Shown here: in pieces, positions 17,168 to 29,229 of the stretch
How the letters are laid out: every line of letters begins with the position of its first letter
Numbering within the stretch: position 1 is the stretch's first letter
NCBI GenBank assembly: GCA_049294015.1
Contig: JBAQCH010000385.1
Location: forward strand, 1,111-65,110
Length of the DNA stretch: 64,000 bases
From: Anaerolineae bacterium
GTDB lineage: Bacteria; Chloroflexota; Anaerolineae; JAAEKA01
Direction of reading: 5' to 3'
Notes under the pieces: generated by a model
Told to the model about the DNA's origin: nothing
Databases searched by the model: none
Seen by the model: the letters and a program-made list of their open reading frames with translations, nothing else
Program-made: the position numbers and the translations under genes

Positions 17168-17417
17168 GCGCTGGCAAATGGTGATCCTGGCGCGACTGAG
17201 CCAGGCAACACCACCAGCCGAGCACCAGTATGACTCCGCTGAGAAAGCCTATCGACTAGGCCCATCGCCACCCACGGCCTGATTGGGCATCTCTGACCCG
17301 ATCAACGCAGATATGCCAGCTTCGGATCAACCCCAAAACTGGCATATCTGCTGGTTTCTCAGCGCTTCTACGGCCTGCGCACCACCAACGTACCACCTCG
17401 ATGTCAAGGAATCAACC

Positions 17418-19316
17418 ATGAAGCTGCGACCTCGTGCAGCCTTACTTCTCCGTGTGGGCGCTCTCCTGACGGGGCTCATGCTCCTCCTGGTGGGTCTCGC
17501 TGCCGCGCAGGGTCAGCCTGTGCGCACGCAGCGCATCACCGCTCGCCTGCAGGCTGGAGAGACCCACGCGTATCTGCTGCAAGACCTGCAGGCAGGGGAC
17601 AGACTCACCGTCTCCATGCAGGCCACTTCTGGCAACCTGGACCCTGCGATCGGCATCGTGGACACCTCCAGGCCGCTGGACGAAGCCATGGCCGCCTACC
17701 AGGCGGACCTCCAGCGCCTTCTGGCTGAGAACGAGGGTGCAGCCCAGGCCGTAGAAGCGCTGCGCGACCAGACCTTCCTGGCTTGGGACGATGATAGCGG
17801 CGCGGGCTATGCGGCCGCCCTGGCCTTCGACGTGCCGGCTGCAGGCGACTACGCGTTGATCGCAGCCAGCTCGCTGTCAGCCCTCGGCCGCGCCACCTTT
17901 GGCGACTACGAGCTGGTGCTCGGACTCGACTCGCTTACCAGCCAGGATGGAGCGGCCTTGCCGGCGGACGCGCCCATCGCCCAACGGCTGCCAGGCGTTT
18001 GGGGTCTGGCCGTGTCGGTGGAAGAAGCATCAGGCACGCTGACGGCCGCTGCGCCCACGGCCAGCCTGAAGCTCGTCGATCTCGACGCCGGTCAGAGCCT
18101 CACAGCGTACGCCGAAGCCACCTCGGGCAACCTGATCCCGGTGGTCATTCTGCGCGACTTCGGCGGCAAGGCGCTCGAAGCCGGCAACCTGGGCGGTCAG
18201 GAACCGCGGGCGACGCTGGCGTACACCACGACGGAAGGCGCCGTCGGCTACACGCTTACCGTGCAGGCCGGTGCGCTGCCAGATGGAACCGTGACCGAGG
18301 GAGACTACCGCGTGCTGGTGGGTGTCAACGCGCCGGACGTTTTGACCGGCCAGGCGCAGCCGCAGGGCAGCCAAGTGCTTGAAGCTCCCATCGAGGTTAA
18401 GGCTGGCGTCAGGATCCTGCGCATCAGCGCGGTGAACTCGCAGGACGAGAACTTCACCGTGATCGGGAATCTTCGGATGGACTGGATGGACCCCCGGCTG
18501 GCTTTCAGTCCGGACACCTGCAACTGCACCGTGAAGCTCTACACCGACAAGGAGTTCGACCGCTTCCTCGCCGACGTGGGCAGCCGCTGGCCGGCCTTCA
18601 CCTTTTTCAACCAGTTGGGGAATCGGTGGGTGCCGAGCCGGGCGGCGGCGATCTGGCCCGATGGACGCGTCCGCTACGCCGAGAGCTTCAACGCCACCTT
18701 CCAGGCTGATTTCGACTTCCGGCAGTACCCCTTTGATTCTCAGACCTTCCCGATCTATCTTGATCTGGTCTTTCCGACCACGAGCTACACCTTGGCGGAG
18801 TTGCCCGGCTTCAGTGAAATCGACCCGGCGCACGGGGAAGATGAGTTTATCATCAGCGAGTTCACGGCCACACCCAGCACCGAGGCGCCCAGCGCCGCGG
18901 ACGACCCCGTCTCACGGATGACCTTCAGCTTCAGCGCGCCGCGCCATCTGAACTATTACACCCTTCAGGTCTTTCTGCCCATCATCCTGATCATCCTGAT
19001 CTCGTGGTTCACCTTCTTCCTGCGCGATTACACCCGGCGCATCGAGGCCGCGGCCGCCAATATCCTGCTTTTCATCGCCTTCAGTTGGAGCCTGGCTGAC
19101 AACTATCCGCGCCTGGGCTACCTCACCTTCCTGGACGCGGTCATGACTGTGACCTTTGCCGTGAACGTCCTGGTGTTGCTCTACAACGTGGTCATGAAAC
19201 GGCTGGAGAACCAGGGCAAGGACGAACGCGTCAAGCGCATCGACGATGTCCTCGACTGGTCCTACCCCCTGATGTACGCTGCTTTGATCGGCGTGGTGGT
19301 TGTGCTGTTCTTCTGA
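17418..19316 (+). CDS. prokaryotic pentameric ligand-gated ion channel (Cys-loop receptor family) with N-terminal tandem extra domains
   Basis: signal peptide MKLRPRAALLLRVGALL; two ~110-aa repeats (TSGNLDPAIGIVD / TSGNLIPVVILRD); ligand-binding-domain motifs (LRMDWMDPRLAF, FRQYPFDSQTFPIY); M1-M4 TM helices (YYTLQVFLPIILIILISWFTFFL). Confidence 0.75.
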   Translation: MKLRPRAALLLRVGALLTGLMLLLVGLAAAQGQPVRTQRITARLQAGETHAYLLQDLQAGDRLTVSMQATSGNLDPAIGIVDTSRPLDEAMAAYQADLQRLLAENEGAAQAVEALRDQTFLAWDDDSGAGYAAALAFDVPAAGDYALIAASSLSALGRATFGDYELVLGLDSLTSQDGAALPADAPIAQRLPGVWGLAVSVEEASGTLTAAAPTASLKLVDLDAGQSLTAYAEATSGNLIPVVILRDFGGKALEAGNLGGQEPRATLAYTTTEGAVGYTLTVQAGALPDGTVTEGDYRVLVGVNAPDVLTGQAQPQGSQVLEAPIEVKAGVRILRISAVNSQDENFTVIGNLRMDWMDPRLAFSPDTCNCTVKLYTDKEFDRFLADVGSRWPAFTFFNQLGNRWVPSRAAAIWPDGRVRYAESFNATFQADFDFRQYPFDSQTFPIYLDLVFPTTSYTLAELPGFSEIDPAHGEDEFIISEFTATPSTEAPSAADDPVSRMTFSFSAPRHLNYYTLQVFLPIILIILISWFTFFLRDYTRRIEAAAANILLFIAFSWSLADNYPRLGYLTFLDAVMTVTFAVNVLVLLYNVVMKRLENQGKDERVKRIDDVLDWSYPLMYAALIGVVVVLFF

Positions 19317-19375
19317 ACCAAAACTCGCAAGCGCGCTGCGTGGCAGGCACACGAAGCTATATCGCGTTCTGTAGT

Positions 19376-19410
19376 GTTGACGGCTGGTGTACTTCATGGA
19401 TAAAATGCTA
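19376..19410 (+). promoter_or_regulatory. putative sigma70 promoter for argF (TTGACG-17-TGGATAAAAT)
   Basis: ttgacg gctggtgtacttca tggataaaat about 65 nt upstream of the argF ATG. Confidence 0.4.
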
Positions 19411-19473
19411 ACGCCCTCAACGGAGAAAGCTAGCCTCGGCCTGATCCTCACACCACGTTAAGGAGAATGACAC

Positions 19474-20475
19474 ATGGCATACAACCTACGCAACCGCAGC
19501 TTCGTCAAGGAACTGGACTTCACACCCGGCGAGCTTCAATTCTTGCTCAAGCTGTCGGCCGATCTGAAAGCCGCCAAGTATGGCGGCTACGAGCAGCCGC
19601 GGCTCAGCGGCAAGAACATCGCCCTGATCTTCGAGAAGGCCTCGACCCGCACCCGCTGCGCGTTCGAGGTGGCGGCCTACGACCAAGGCGCGCACGTCAC
19701 CTACCTGGGGCCGTCCGGCTCCCAGATCGGCCACAAGGAGTCGATGAAAGACACGGCCCGCGTGCTGGGCCGCATGTACGACGGCATCGAGTACCGTGGC
19801 TTCGCCCAAGCCACAGTCGAGACGCTGGCTCAATACGCCGGTGTGCCGGTCTGGAACGGCCTTACCAACGAGTTTCACCCCACCCAGACGCTGGCCGACT
19901 TCCTGACCATGATCGAGCACAGCGACAAGCCCGTGGGGCAGATCGCTTACTGCTACCTGGGCGACGCGCGCTTCAACATGGGCAACTCGCTGATGGTGAT
20001 GGGCTGCAAAATGGGCATGGATGTGCGCATCTGTGCGCCGCGCAGCCTGTGGCCGGCCGAGGAGCTGATCGCCACTTGCCGTGAGATTGCGGCCGAGACC
20101 GGCGCGCGCCTGCTGGTCACCGAGGATGTGGACGCGGGTGTCAAGGGTGTGGACTTCCTGCACACTGACGTCTGGGTCAGCATGGGCGAGCCCAAGGAGG
20201 TTTGGGCCGAGCGCATCAAGCTGCTTTTGCCCTACCAGGTCAACGCGAAAACCGTTGAGCGCAGCGGCAACCCCCACGTCAAGTTCATGCACTGCCTGCC
20301 GGCCTTCCACAACCGCGAGACCAAGGTCGGCGAGGAGATCTATCAGCAGCACGGCCTGGACGGGCTGGAGGTGAGCGAAGATGTCTTCGAGTCGCCCCGC
20401 TCCATCGTCTTCGACCAGGCGGAAAATCGTATGCACACCATCAAGGCGATCATGGTGGCGACGTTGGGCGAATAG
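19474..20475 (+). CDS. argF: ornithine carbamoyltransferase
   Basis: STRTR carbamoyl-phosphate motif, HCLP motif, 333 aa; TAAGGAGA RBS. Confidence 0.9.
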   Translation: MAYNLRNRSFVKELDFTPGELQFLLKLSADLKAAKYGGYEQPRLSGKNIALIFEKASTRTRCAFEVAAYDQGAHVTYLGPSGSQIGHKESMKDTARVLGRMYDGIEYRGFAQATVETLAQYAGVPVWNGLTNEFHPTQTLADFLTMIEHSDKPVGQIAYCYLGDARFNMGNSLMVMGCKMGMDVRICAPRSLWPAEELIATCREIAAETGARLLVTEDVDAGVKGVDFLHTDVWVSMGEPKEVWAERIKLLLPYQVNAKTVERSGNPHVKFMHCLPAFHNRETKVGEEIYQQHGLDGLEVSEDVFESPRSIVFDQAENRMHTIKAIMVATLGE

Positions 20476-20480
20476 CGCCA

Positions 20481-20555
20481 GGTAGATTGGTAGATTGGTA
20501 AACCGGTAGATTGGTCAGCTTTTTCGCGAGACTCAACCAATCTACCAATCTACCA
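20481..20555 (+). repeat. long hairpin built from GGTAGATTGGT repeats downstream of argF
   Basis: ggtagattggtagattggt ... accaatctaccaatctacc, with a third direct copy in the loop. Confidence 0.6.
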
Positions 20556-20580
20556 GCCGTGTTGAACTGATCAAAAAGGA

Positions 20581-23379
20581 ATGAGAATGTCGAGACTTCA
20601 GTTAGATGTAGAAGAAAAGGTTGAGCACAAAGCCCCTCGTTTCGTGGATGTGACGGAGCAGAAGCGGCTGAACGACGCGCGTGAATTGGGCATCCCCTGG
20701 AAGAAGTGGGGGCCATACCTGAGCGAACGCCAATGGGGCACGGTGCGTGAGGACTACAGCGAGGACGGCAACGCCTGGGACTACTTCACCCACGACCAGT
20801 CCCGCGCGCGGGCCTACCGTTGGGGCGAGGACGGCCTGGGCGGCATCTCGGACGACGAGCAGCGCCTCTGCTTCGCCCTCGCCCTGTGGAACGAGCGCGA
20901 CCCCATCCTCAAGGAGCGCGCCTTCGGCCTCACCAACAGCGAGGCGAACCACGGCGAGGACGTCAAGGAGTACTACTTCTACGTCGACTCGACCCCCACG
21001 CACTCGTACATGAAGTACCTCTACAAGTACCCGCAGCGGGAGTTTCCGTACCGCGACCTGGTGGAAACGAACCGGGGCCGGTCGCGCGAGGAATTCGAGT
21101 ACGAGCTGCTGGACACCGGCGTGTTCGACGACGACCGCTACTTCGACATCTTCGTCGAGTACGCCAAAGCAGGGCCAGACGACATCCTGATCCAGATCAC
21201 CGCCCACAACCGCGCGCCTGAGGCCGCCCGGCTCCAGGTGCTGCCGACGCTCTGGTTCCGCAACACCTGGTCATGGAAAGAGGGGACGCCGAAGCCCAGC
21301 CTGCGAGCCGCTGACGGCGCGATCCACGCCTCGCACCCGGAACTGGGCGAGGTCACGCTCTTCTGCGATGGCGCGCCGGAACTGCTCTTCACGGAGAACG
21401 AGAGCAACGCCCAACGGCTCTGGGGCCAGCCCAACGCCTCGCCCTGGGTCAAGGACGCCTTCCATCGCTACGTCGTCTCCGGCGACGCCTCGGCCGTCAA
21501 CCCGGCCAAGACGGGCACGAAGGCCGCTGCGCGCTACGTGCTCGACGTGCCGGCCGGCGGCTCGGCTGCCATCCGCCTGCGGCTGTCGGCCGCTGCGCCG
21601 GTCGAGCCCTTCGGCAAGGACTTCGCCGCAACGGTCGCCGCGCGCCTGGCCGACGCCGACGAGTTCTACACCCGCATCACGCCGCCCGCCTTGGGCGAGG
21701 ACGAGCGCCGGGTTCACCGCCAGGCGCTGGCGGGCATGCTCTGGGGCAAGCAGTACTACCTCTTCGACGTGGACACCTGGCTCAAGGAGCACGAGGCGCA
21801 TCCGCTGGTTGGGACCGCCAGGCGCGCCGTGCGCAACGCCGAATGGTTCCACATGTTCAACGGCGACATCATCTCCATGCCCGACAAGTGGGAATACCCC
21901 TGGTACGCCGCCTGGGATCTGGCCTTCCACACGCTGGCGCTCTCGCTGGTCGACTTCGACTTCGCCAAGGAACAGCTCTCGCTGATGCTGCGCAGCCTCT
22001 ATGCCCACCCCAACGGGCAGATCCCGGCCTACGAGTGGAACTTCAGCGACGTGAACCCGCCTGTCCACGCCTGGGCCACGCTCTTCCTTTACAAGATGGA
22101 GCGGGACCTGGGACGGGAGGATATCAAGTTTCTGGCTCGCTCCTTCCACGGCCTGACGCTCAACTTCAACTGGTGGGTTAACCGCAAGGACCCGCAGGGC
22201 CGCAACGTCTTCGCCGGCGGCTTTCTGGGCCTCGACAACATCGGCGTCTTCGACCGCAGCGCGCCGCTGCCCACCGGCGGCACGCTGGAGCAGGCCGACG
22301 GCACCGCCTGGATGGCCTTCTATTGCCAGAACATGCTGGAGATGGCCCTGATCCTGGCCGATCACGACCCGGAGTACGAAGAGTACGCCTACAGCTTCCT
22401 GCAGCACTTCATCTGGATCGCCTACGCCATGGACCGCATCGGCGAGCACCACGACGAGATGTGGGACCAGGCCGACGGGTTCTACTACGACGTCCTGCGG
22501 CTTCCCGATGGATCGGCCACGCGCCTGAAGGTGCGTTCGATGGTGGGGCTGCTCCCGCTCTGCGCCAGCACGATCTTCGAGGCCGACAGCCTCACCAAGC
22601 ACCCGCGGCTGATGGAGCTGATCGCGCTCTTCCGCGAGCGCCACCCAGAGGTCGTTGCGAAGGTCGCCCCCACGGCCGAGGGCTACGTGGGCCATGCCGA
22701 CCGGCGCTTGCTCTCCACCCTCTCGCGCGACCGGCTGGAGCGCGTCCTCGGCTACCTGCTGGACGAGAACGAGTTCCTGAGCCCCTACGGCATCCGCTCC
22801 CTCTCGCGCTACCACCAGGACCACCCCTTCGTCTTCCAGGCCGGCGGCCAGGAGCTCAGCGTCGGCTATCTGCCGGCCGAGTCGAACACAGGGATGTTCG
22901 GCGGCAACTCGAACTGGCGAGGGCCGGTCTGGATGCCCGTCAACGGTCTTATTGTGCGCGGCCTGCTGAACCTCTACAGCTTCTACGGCGACGACTTCAC
23001 CGTCGAGTGCCCCACCGGCTCCGGCAACCGCATGACGCTCTTCGAGGCGGCGCGCGAGATCTCCGGGCGGTTGGCCAACCTCTTCCTGCGGGATGCCAGT
23101 GGTCATCGCCCTGTCTACGGAGGATCGGCGAAGTTACAGGAGGATCCCCACTGGCGTGACCTGATTCTCTTCTACGAGTACTTCCACGGCGACAACGGCG
23201 CCGGCCTCGGCGCCAGCCACCAGACCGGCTGGACGGGCGTCATCGCCCGCTTGCTGGACCTCTTCGGCCGCCTGGACGCCGAGGATATGTTGATGACGCC
23301 CAAGGAACGGCTTGCGGAACGTCTGGTCCGTGAGCAAGTGGGCGGCAAGAAACAGGAGCCAACCATCCAGATGGTATAG
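20581..23379 (+). CDS. GH63-family glycoside hydrolase (mannosyl/glucosyl-glycerate hydrolase-like, YgjK-like)
   Basis: 932 aa; conserved N-terminal WGPYLSERQWGTVREDYS... and (alpha/alpha)6 C-terminal region typical of GH63-like enzymes. Confidence 0.65.
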   Translation: MRMSRLQLDVEEKVEHKAPRFVDVTEQKRLNDARELGIPWKKWGPYLSERQWGTVREDYSEDGNAWDYFTHDQSRARAYRWGEDGLGGISDDEQRLCFALALWNERDPILKERAFGLTNSEANHGEDVKEYYFYVDSTPTHSYMKYLYKYPQREFPYRDLVETNRGRSREEFEYELLDTGVFDDDRYFDIFVEYAKAGPDDILIQITAHNRAPEAARLQVLPTLWFRNTWSWKEGTPKPSLRAADGAIHASHPELGEVTLFCDGAPELLFTENESNAQRLWGQPNASPWVKDAFHRYVVSGDASAVNPAKTGTKAAARYVLDVPAGGSAAIRLRLSAAAPVEPFGKDFAATVAARLADADEFYTRITPPALGEDERRVHRQALAGMLWGKQYYLFDVDTWLKEHEAHPLVGTARRAVRNAEWFHMFNGDIISMPDKWEYPWYAAWDLAFHTLALSLVDFDFAKEQLSLMLRSLYAHPNGQIPAYEWNFSDVNPPVHAWATLFLYKMERDLGREDIKFLARSFHGLTLNFNWWVNRKDPQGRNVFAGGFLGLDNIGVFDRSAPLPTGGTLEQADGTAWMAFYCQNMLEMALILADHDPEYEEYAYSFLQHFIWIAYAMDRIGEHHDEMWDQADGFYYDVLRLPDGSATRLKVRSMVGLLPLCASTIFEADSLTKHPRLMELIALFRERHPEVVAKVAPTAEGYVGHADRRLLSTLSRDRLERVLGYLLDENEFLSPYGIRSLSRYHQDHPFVFQAGGQELSVGYLPAESNTGMFGGNSNWRGPVWMPVNGLIVRGLLNLYSFYGDDFTVECPTGSGNRMTLFEAAREISGRLANLFLRDASGHRPVYGGSAKLQEDPHWRDLILFYEYFHGDNGAGLGASHQTGWTGVIARLLDLFGRLDAEDMLMTPKERLAERLVREQVGGKKQEPTIQMV

Positions 23380-23441
23380 CGCGATAAGGAGATTCGCCTA
23401 CGATTTCAGCCTTTCTGTGGGGCGGCCTGGCGGCCGCCTCC

Positions 23442-24119
23442 TTGCTGATCGGCTTTGTCCTGGCCGGCCGCGGGCTGTCCAACCGCGCCATCGGCTTGAT
23501 CATGGGCATCGGCGCGGGCGCGCTGATCAGCGCCATCGCCTATGAGCTGCTGCCTGAGCCGGCGGTGGAGGGATGGATCACGGCCGTGGCCTTCCTGCTG
23601 GGCGCGCTGGCCTTTTTTACCGGCGACTGGCTGGTCGACCACCGCGGCGGCCGTGACCGCAAGGCCATCGCCGGCCAGCAGGCGGAAGGCTCCGGCGCGG
23701 CTATCTTCATCGGCACGCTGCTTGACAACGTGCCCGAGTCGATCATCCTGGGCATGAGCCTGGCCCTGGGCGGCGCGATCAACGCCGCCTTCCTGGCCGC
23801 GGTCTTCGTCTCCAACCTGCCGGAGGGCGTGGCCGGGACGGTCAATCTGACCAGCTCAGGCGTGGCCCGGCGCAAGGTGTTCTGGCTGTGGACGGCGTTG
23901 GTCCTTGTCTCGGCCGCGTGCGCGGCGTTGGGCTACGCGGCTGTGACCGCGCTGCCCGCTGTCGATGGCCGCGCGGCACAGGCCTTTGCGGCCGGCGCCA
24001 TGCTGACCATGCTGGCCGACGCCATGATGCCCGAGGCGTTCGAGCACGGCGGCAAGCTCGTCGGCCTGTGTACGGTGTTGGGCTTTCTGGCGGCAGCAGT
24101 GCTATCTTTTATGGAATAG
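23442..24119 (+). CDS. ZIP-family metal (zinc/iron) permease, ZupT-like; true start probably further upstream
   Basis: HNxPEG-like motifs (DNVPESII, SNLPEGVAG); TTG at 23442; an in-frame upstream TM segment (FLWGGLAAASLLIGFVLAG) lacks a canonical start codon. Confidence 0.6.
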   Translation: MLIGFVLAGRGLSNRAIGLIMGIGAGALISAIAYELLPEPAVEGWITAVAFLLGALAFFTGDWLVDHRGGRDRKAIAGQQAEGSGAAIFIGTLLDNVPESIILGMSLALGGAINAAFLAAVFVSNLPEGVAGTVNLTSSGVARRKVFWLWTALVLVSAACAALGYAAVTALPAVDGRAAQAFAAGAMLTMLADAMMPEAFEHGGKLVGLCTVLGFLAAAVLSFME

Positions 24120-24124
24120 GTATC

Positions 24125-25003
24125 ATGACCGCTCCCTACAAACGCATTCACGTGATCATCAACCCGGCCTCGGGCAAGAACGAACCAATCCTGAACGTCA
24201 TCAACGACGTCTGCGCCAAGTACAATGTCCAGTGGGATGCGACCGTCACCCACAAGTACGGTGACGCGACGGCGCAGGCCAGGGCCGCGATTGCCGCGGG
24301 CGTCGATCTGGTGGCCGGCTACGGCGGCGACGGCACCCAACACGAGGTGGCCAACGCCATTCTCAGCAGCCCGCGCCAGGTTCCCCTGGCCATCCTGCCT
24401 GGCGGCACGGGCAACGGCTTCTGCCGCGAGAACGGCGTGCCCGACGAACTGGAGGCTGCTGCGGAGCTGATGTGCATCAGCGCCAACCTGCGCCACGTGG
24501 ACGCGGTCAAGCTGGGCGACGGCTTTTTCATCCAGCGCCTGTACACCGGCGTCGAGCCGGAGCAACAGACCAGCCGTGAGATGAAAGAGCGTTACGGCGT
24601 GTTGGCCTATCCCATGACCGTGCGCCAGCAGGTGAAAGAGATGATCGAGGCGGCGTATCGCCTGACCATCGACGGCGAGGTGATCGAAAGGCGCGGCACC
24701 CGCTGCTACGTGGTCAACTCCGGCATGACCGGCCGCGGCATCACCGCCAGCGCCGATTTCAGCGCCACCGATGGCATGCTGGACGTCTTCCTGCTCAAGC
24801 GTGACCTGGCCCACGTCGAGGCTGTGGCTCAGCGTTTCCTGAACGTCGACCGCCCTGGGGCGGGCCTGGACTATTGGCGCTGCCGCGAGATCACCATCGA
24901 GTCCGACCCCGACCGCCCGGTGTGGACCGACGGCGAGTACACCGGTCGCACTCCGGTCACAGCCAGCGTGCTGCCCGGCGCCCTGCGTGTGATCGTGCCT
25001 TGA
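24125..25003 (+). CDS. diacylglycerol kinase catalytic-domain family lipid kinase (YegS/BmrU-like)
   Basis: RIHVIINPASGK..., GGDGT motif; ATG at 24125. Confidence 0.75.
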   Translation: MTAPYKRIHVIINPASGKNEPILNVINDVCAKYNVQWDATVTHKYGDATAQARAAIAAGVDLVAGYGGDGTQHEVANAILSSPRQVPLAILPGGTGNGFCRENGVPDELEAAAELMCISANLRHVDAVKLGDGFFIQRLYTGVEPEQQTSREMKERYGVLAYPMTVRQQVKEMIEAAYRLTIDGEVIERRGTRCYVVNSGMTGRGITASADFSATDGMLDVFLLKRDLAHVEAVAQRFLNVDRPGAGLDYWRCREITIESDPDRPVWTDGEYTGRTPVTASVLPGALRVIVP

Positions 25004-25078
25004 GATTCTGTCAATCTCCTTGCCGATCTGCAAGGGGTGCTGTAAAATGAACTGCCTGGTTACCAAGGAGAACCAACC

Positions 25079-25948
25079 ATGGGCAAGAAGAAAGACAAGA
25101 AGAAGGAAAAGCGCCAGGACGTTGCCCTGACTGAGGCTGGCGGATCTGCTGGCGAGGCGGCAGCGGAGCCCAAGGCCAAGATGAGCGCCAAAGAGTTCGA
25201 GCAGGAGATGGAGAAGCTCCAGGTCGAGCTGGTCAAGATGCAGGAGTGGGTCAAAGCCACCGGCGCCAAGGTTTGTGTGCTGTTCGAGGGCCGCGACACG
25301 GCCGGCAAGGGCGGCGTCATCAAGCGCATCACCGAGCGGGTCAGCCCGCGCGTCTTCCGGGTGGTGGCTCTGTCGGCGCCCAGCGAGCGCGAGAAGTCGC
25401 AGATGTATTTCCAGCGCTACATGCCCTATCTGCCGGCCGCCGGCGAGGTGGTGATCTTCGACCGCAGTTGGTACAACCGGGCCGGCGTGGAGCGGGTCAT
25501 GGGCTTCGCCACGCCTGAGCAGGTGGCGTACTTTCTGAAGAATGTCCCGCCGGTCGAGAACGCCATCATCGAGTCCGGCGTGATCCTGATCAAGTACTGG
25601 CTGGAAGTGAGCATGGATGTCCAGGACGAACGGCTGCGCGCGCGCGACGCCGACCCGCGCAAGATCTGGAAGCTCACCCCCATGGACCTGAAGAGCTACA
25701 GCCGCTGGTACGACTACTCCCGCGCGCGCGATGCCATGTTCGCCGCCACAGATACCCCCCGAAGCCCCTGGTACGTGGTCGATGCCAACGACAAGCGCCG
25801 CGCGCGGCTGAACTGCATCTCGCACCTGCTGAGCCTGGTGCCCTACGAGGAAGTGCCGCGCGAGCCGGTCAAGTTCCCCAAGCGCGGCTCCAAAGGCGAC
25901 TACGTCGAACCGGATTATCCTTATCGGATGGCGCCGGCAATCTACTGA
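25079..25948 (+). CDS. ppk2: polyphosphate kinase 2 (PPK2)
   Basis: Walker A GRDTAGKGG, FDRSWYNR lid motif; 289 aa; AAGGAG RBS. Confidence 0.85.
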   Translation: MGKKKDKKKEKRQDVALTEAGGSAGEAAAEPKAKMSAKEFEQEMEKLQVELVKMQEWVKATGAKVCVLFEGRDTAGKGGVIKRITERVSPRVFRVVALSAPSEREKSQMYFQRYMPYLPAAGEVVIFDRSWYNRAGVERVMGFATPEQVAYFLKNVPPVENAIIESGVILIKYWLEVSMDVQDERLRARDADPRKIWKLTPMDLKSYSRWYDYSRARDAMFAATDTPRSPWYVVDANDKRRARLNCISHLLSLVPYEEVPREPVKFPKRGSKGDYVEPDYPYRMAPAIY

Positions 25949-25966
25949 TCCAAGAAGGAGAACTCA

Positions 25967-28822
<2,856 letters not shown>

Positions 28823-29229
28823 TCCACCGGCACGCCTTTTCCGGACGGCGCGCACTACGCAGTGCGCGCCGTCCCAGCCCTGTCTCATGAGCGACAGTTG
28901 TCCCCGATCTGTTACCGCCAGTCGCTTAGAAACTCCAACCAACCCTGCATATCTTCGGCGCTGCGGCTATCGAGCAGTCGCAAAAGACGCCGGATGACAA
29001 CGCTAATCTCCAGTTGGTCAGAGACGATGATGCCCGAATAGTCTTTTCCGCGCTGTAGATGTTCCGCATGAAGTCGGGCGTAGTCCCTACGATTGAAGGT
29101 AAAGACCGTGCGGTTCTGCGACGCGGGAATGTGAGTTGCGCTGCATCAGCGATGCCTGCCCTGCGTCGCAAAAGTGCCGGGCGCCAATGCGCAGTACCTT
29201 TACTTTGACACTACCAGTCAAGCGACACC

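Noticed and set aside
17283-17417. N-terminal 45-aa extension of the pLGIC ORF (MGISDPINADMPASDQ…)
   Set aside because: The region contains a perfect 12-bp hairpin and reads as non-protein; the signal-peptide Met at 17418 has an RBS and is the more plausible start.
19486-20436. 316-aa minus-strand ORF opposite argF
   Set aside because: Antisense artefact; argF is unambiguous.
21271-23106. 611-aa minus-strand ORF opposite the GH63 gene
   Set aside because: Antisense artefact; low-complexity Gly/Ala/Val/Arg-rich translation.
23933-25825. 630-aa minus-strand ORF spanning the DAGK-like and PPK2 genes
   Set aside because: It crosses an intergenic region containing a clear + strand promoter and RBS; composition is antisense-like.
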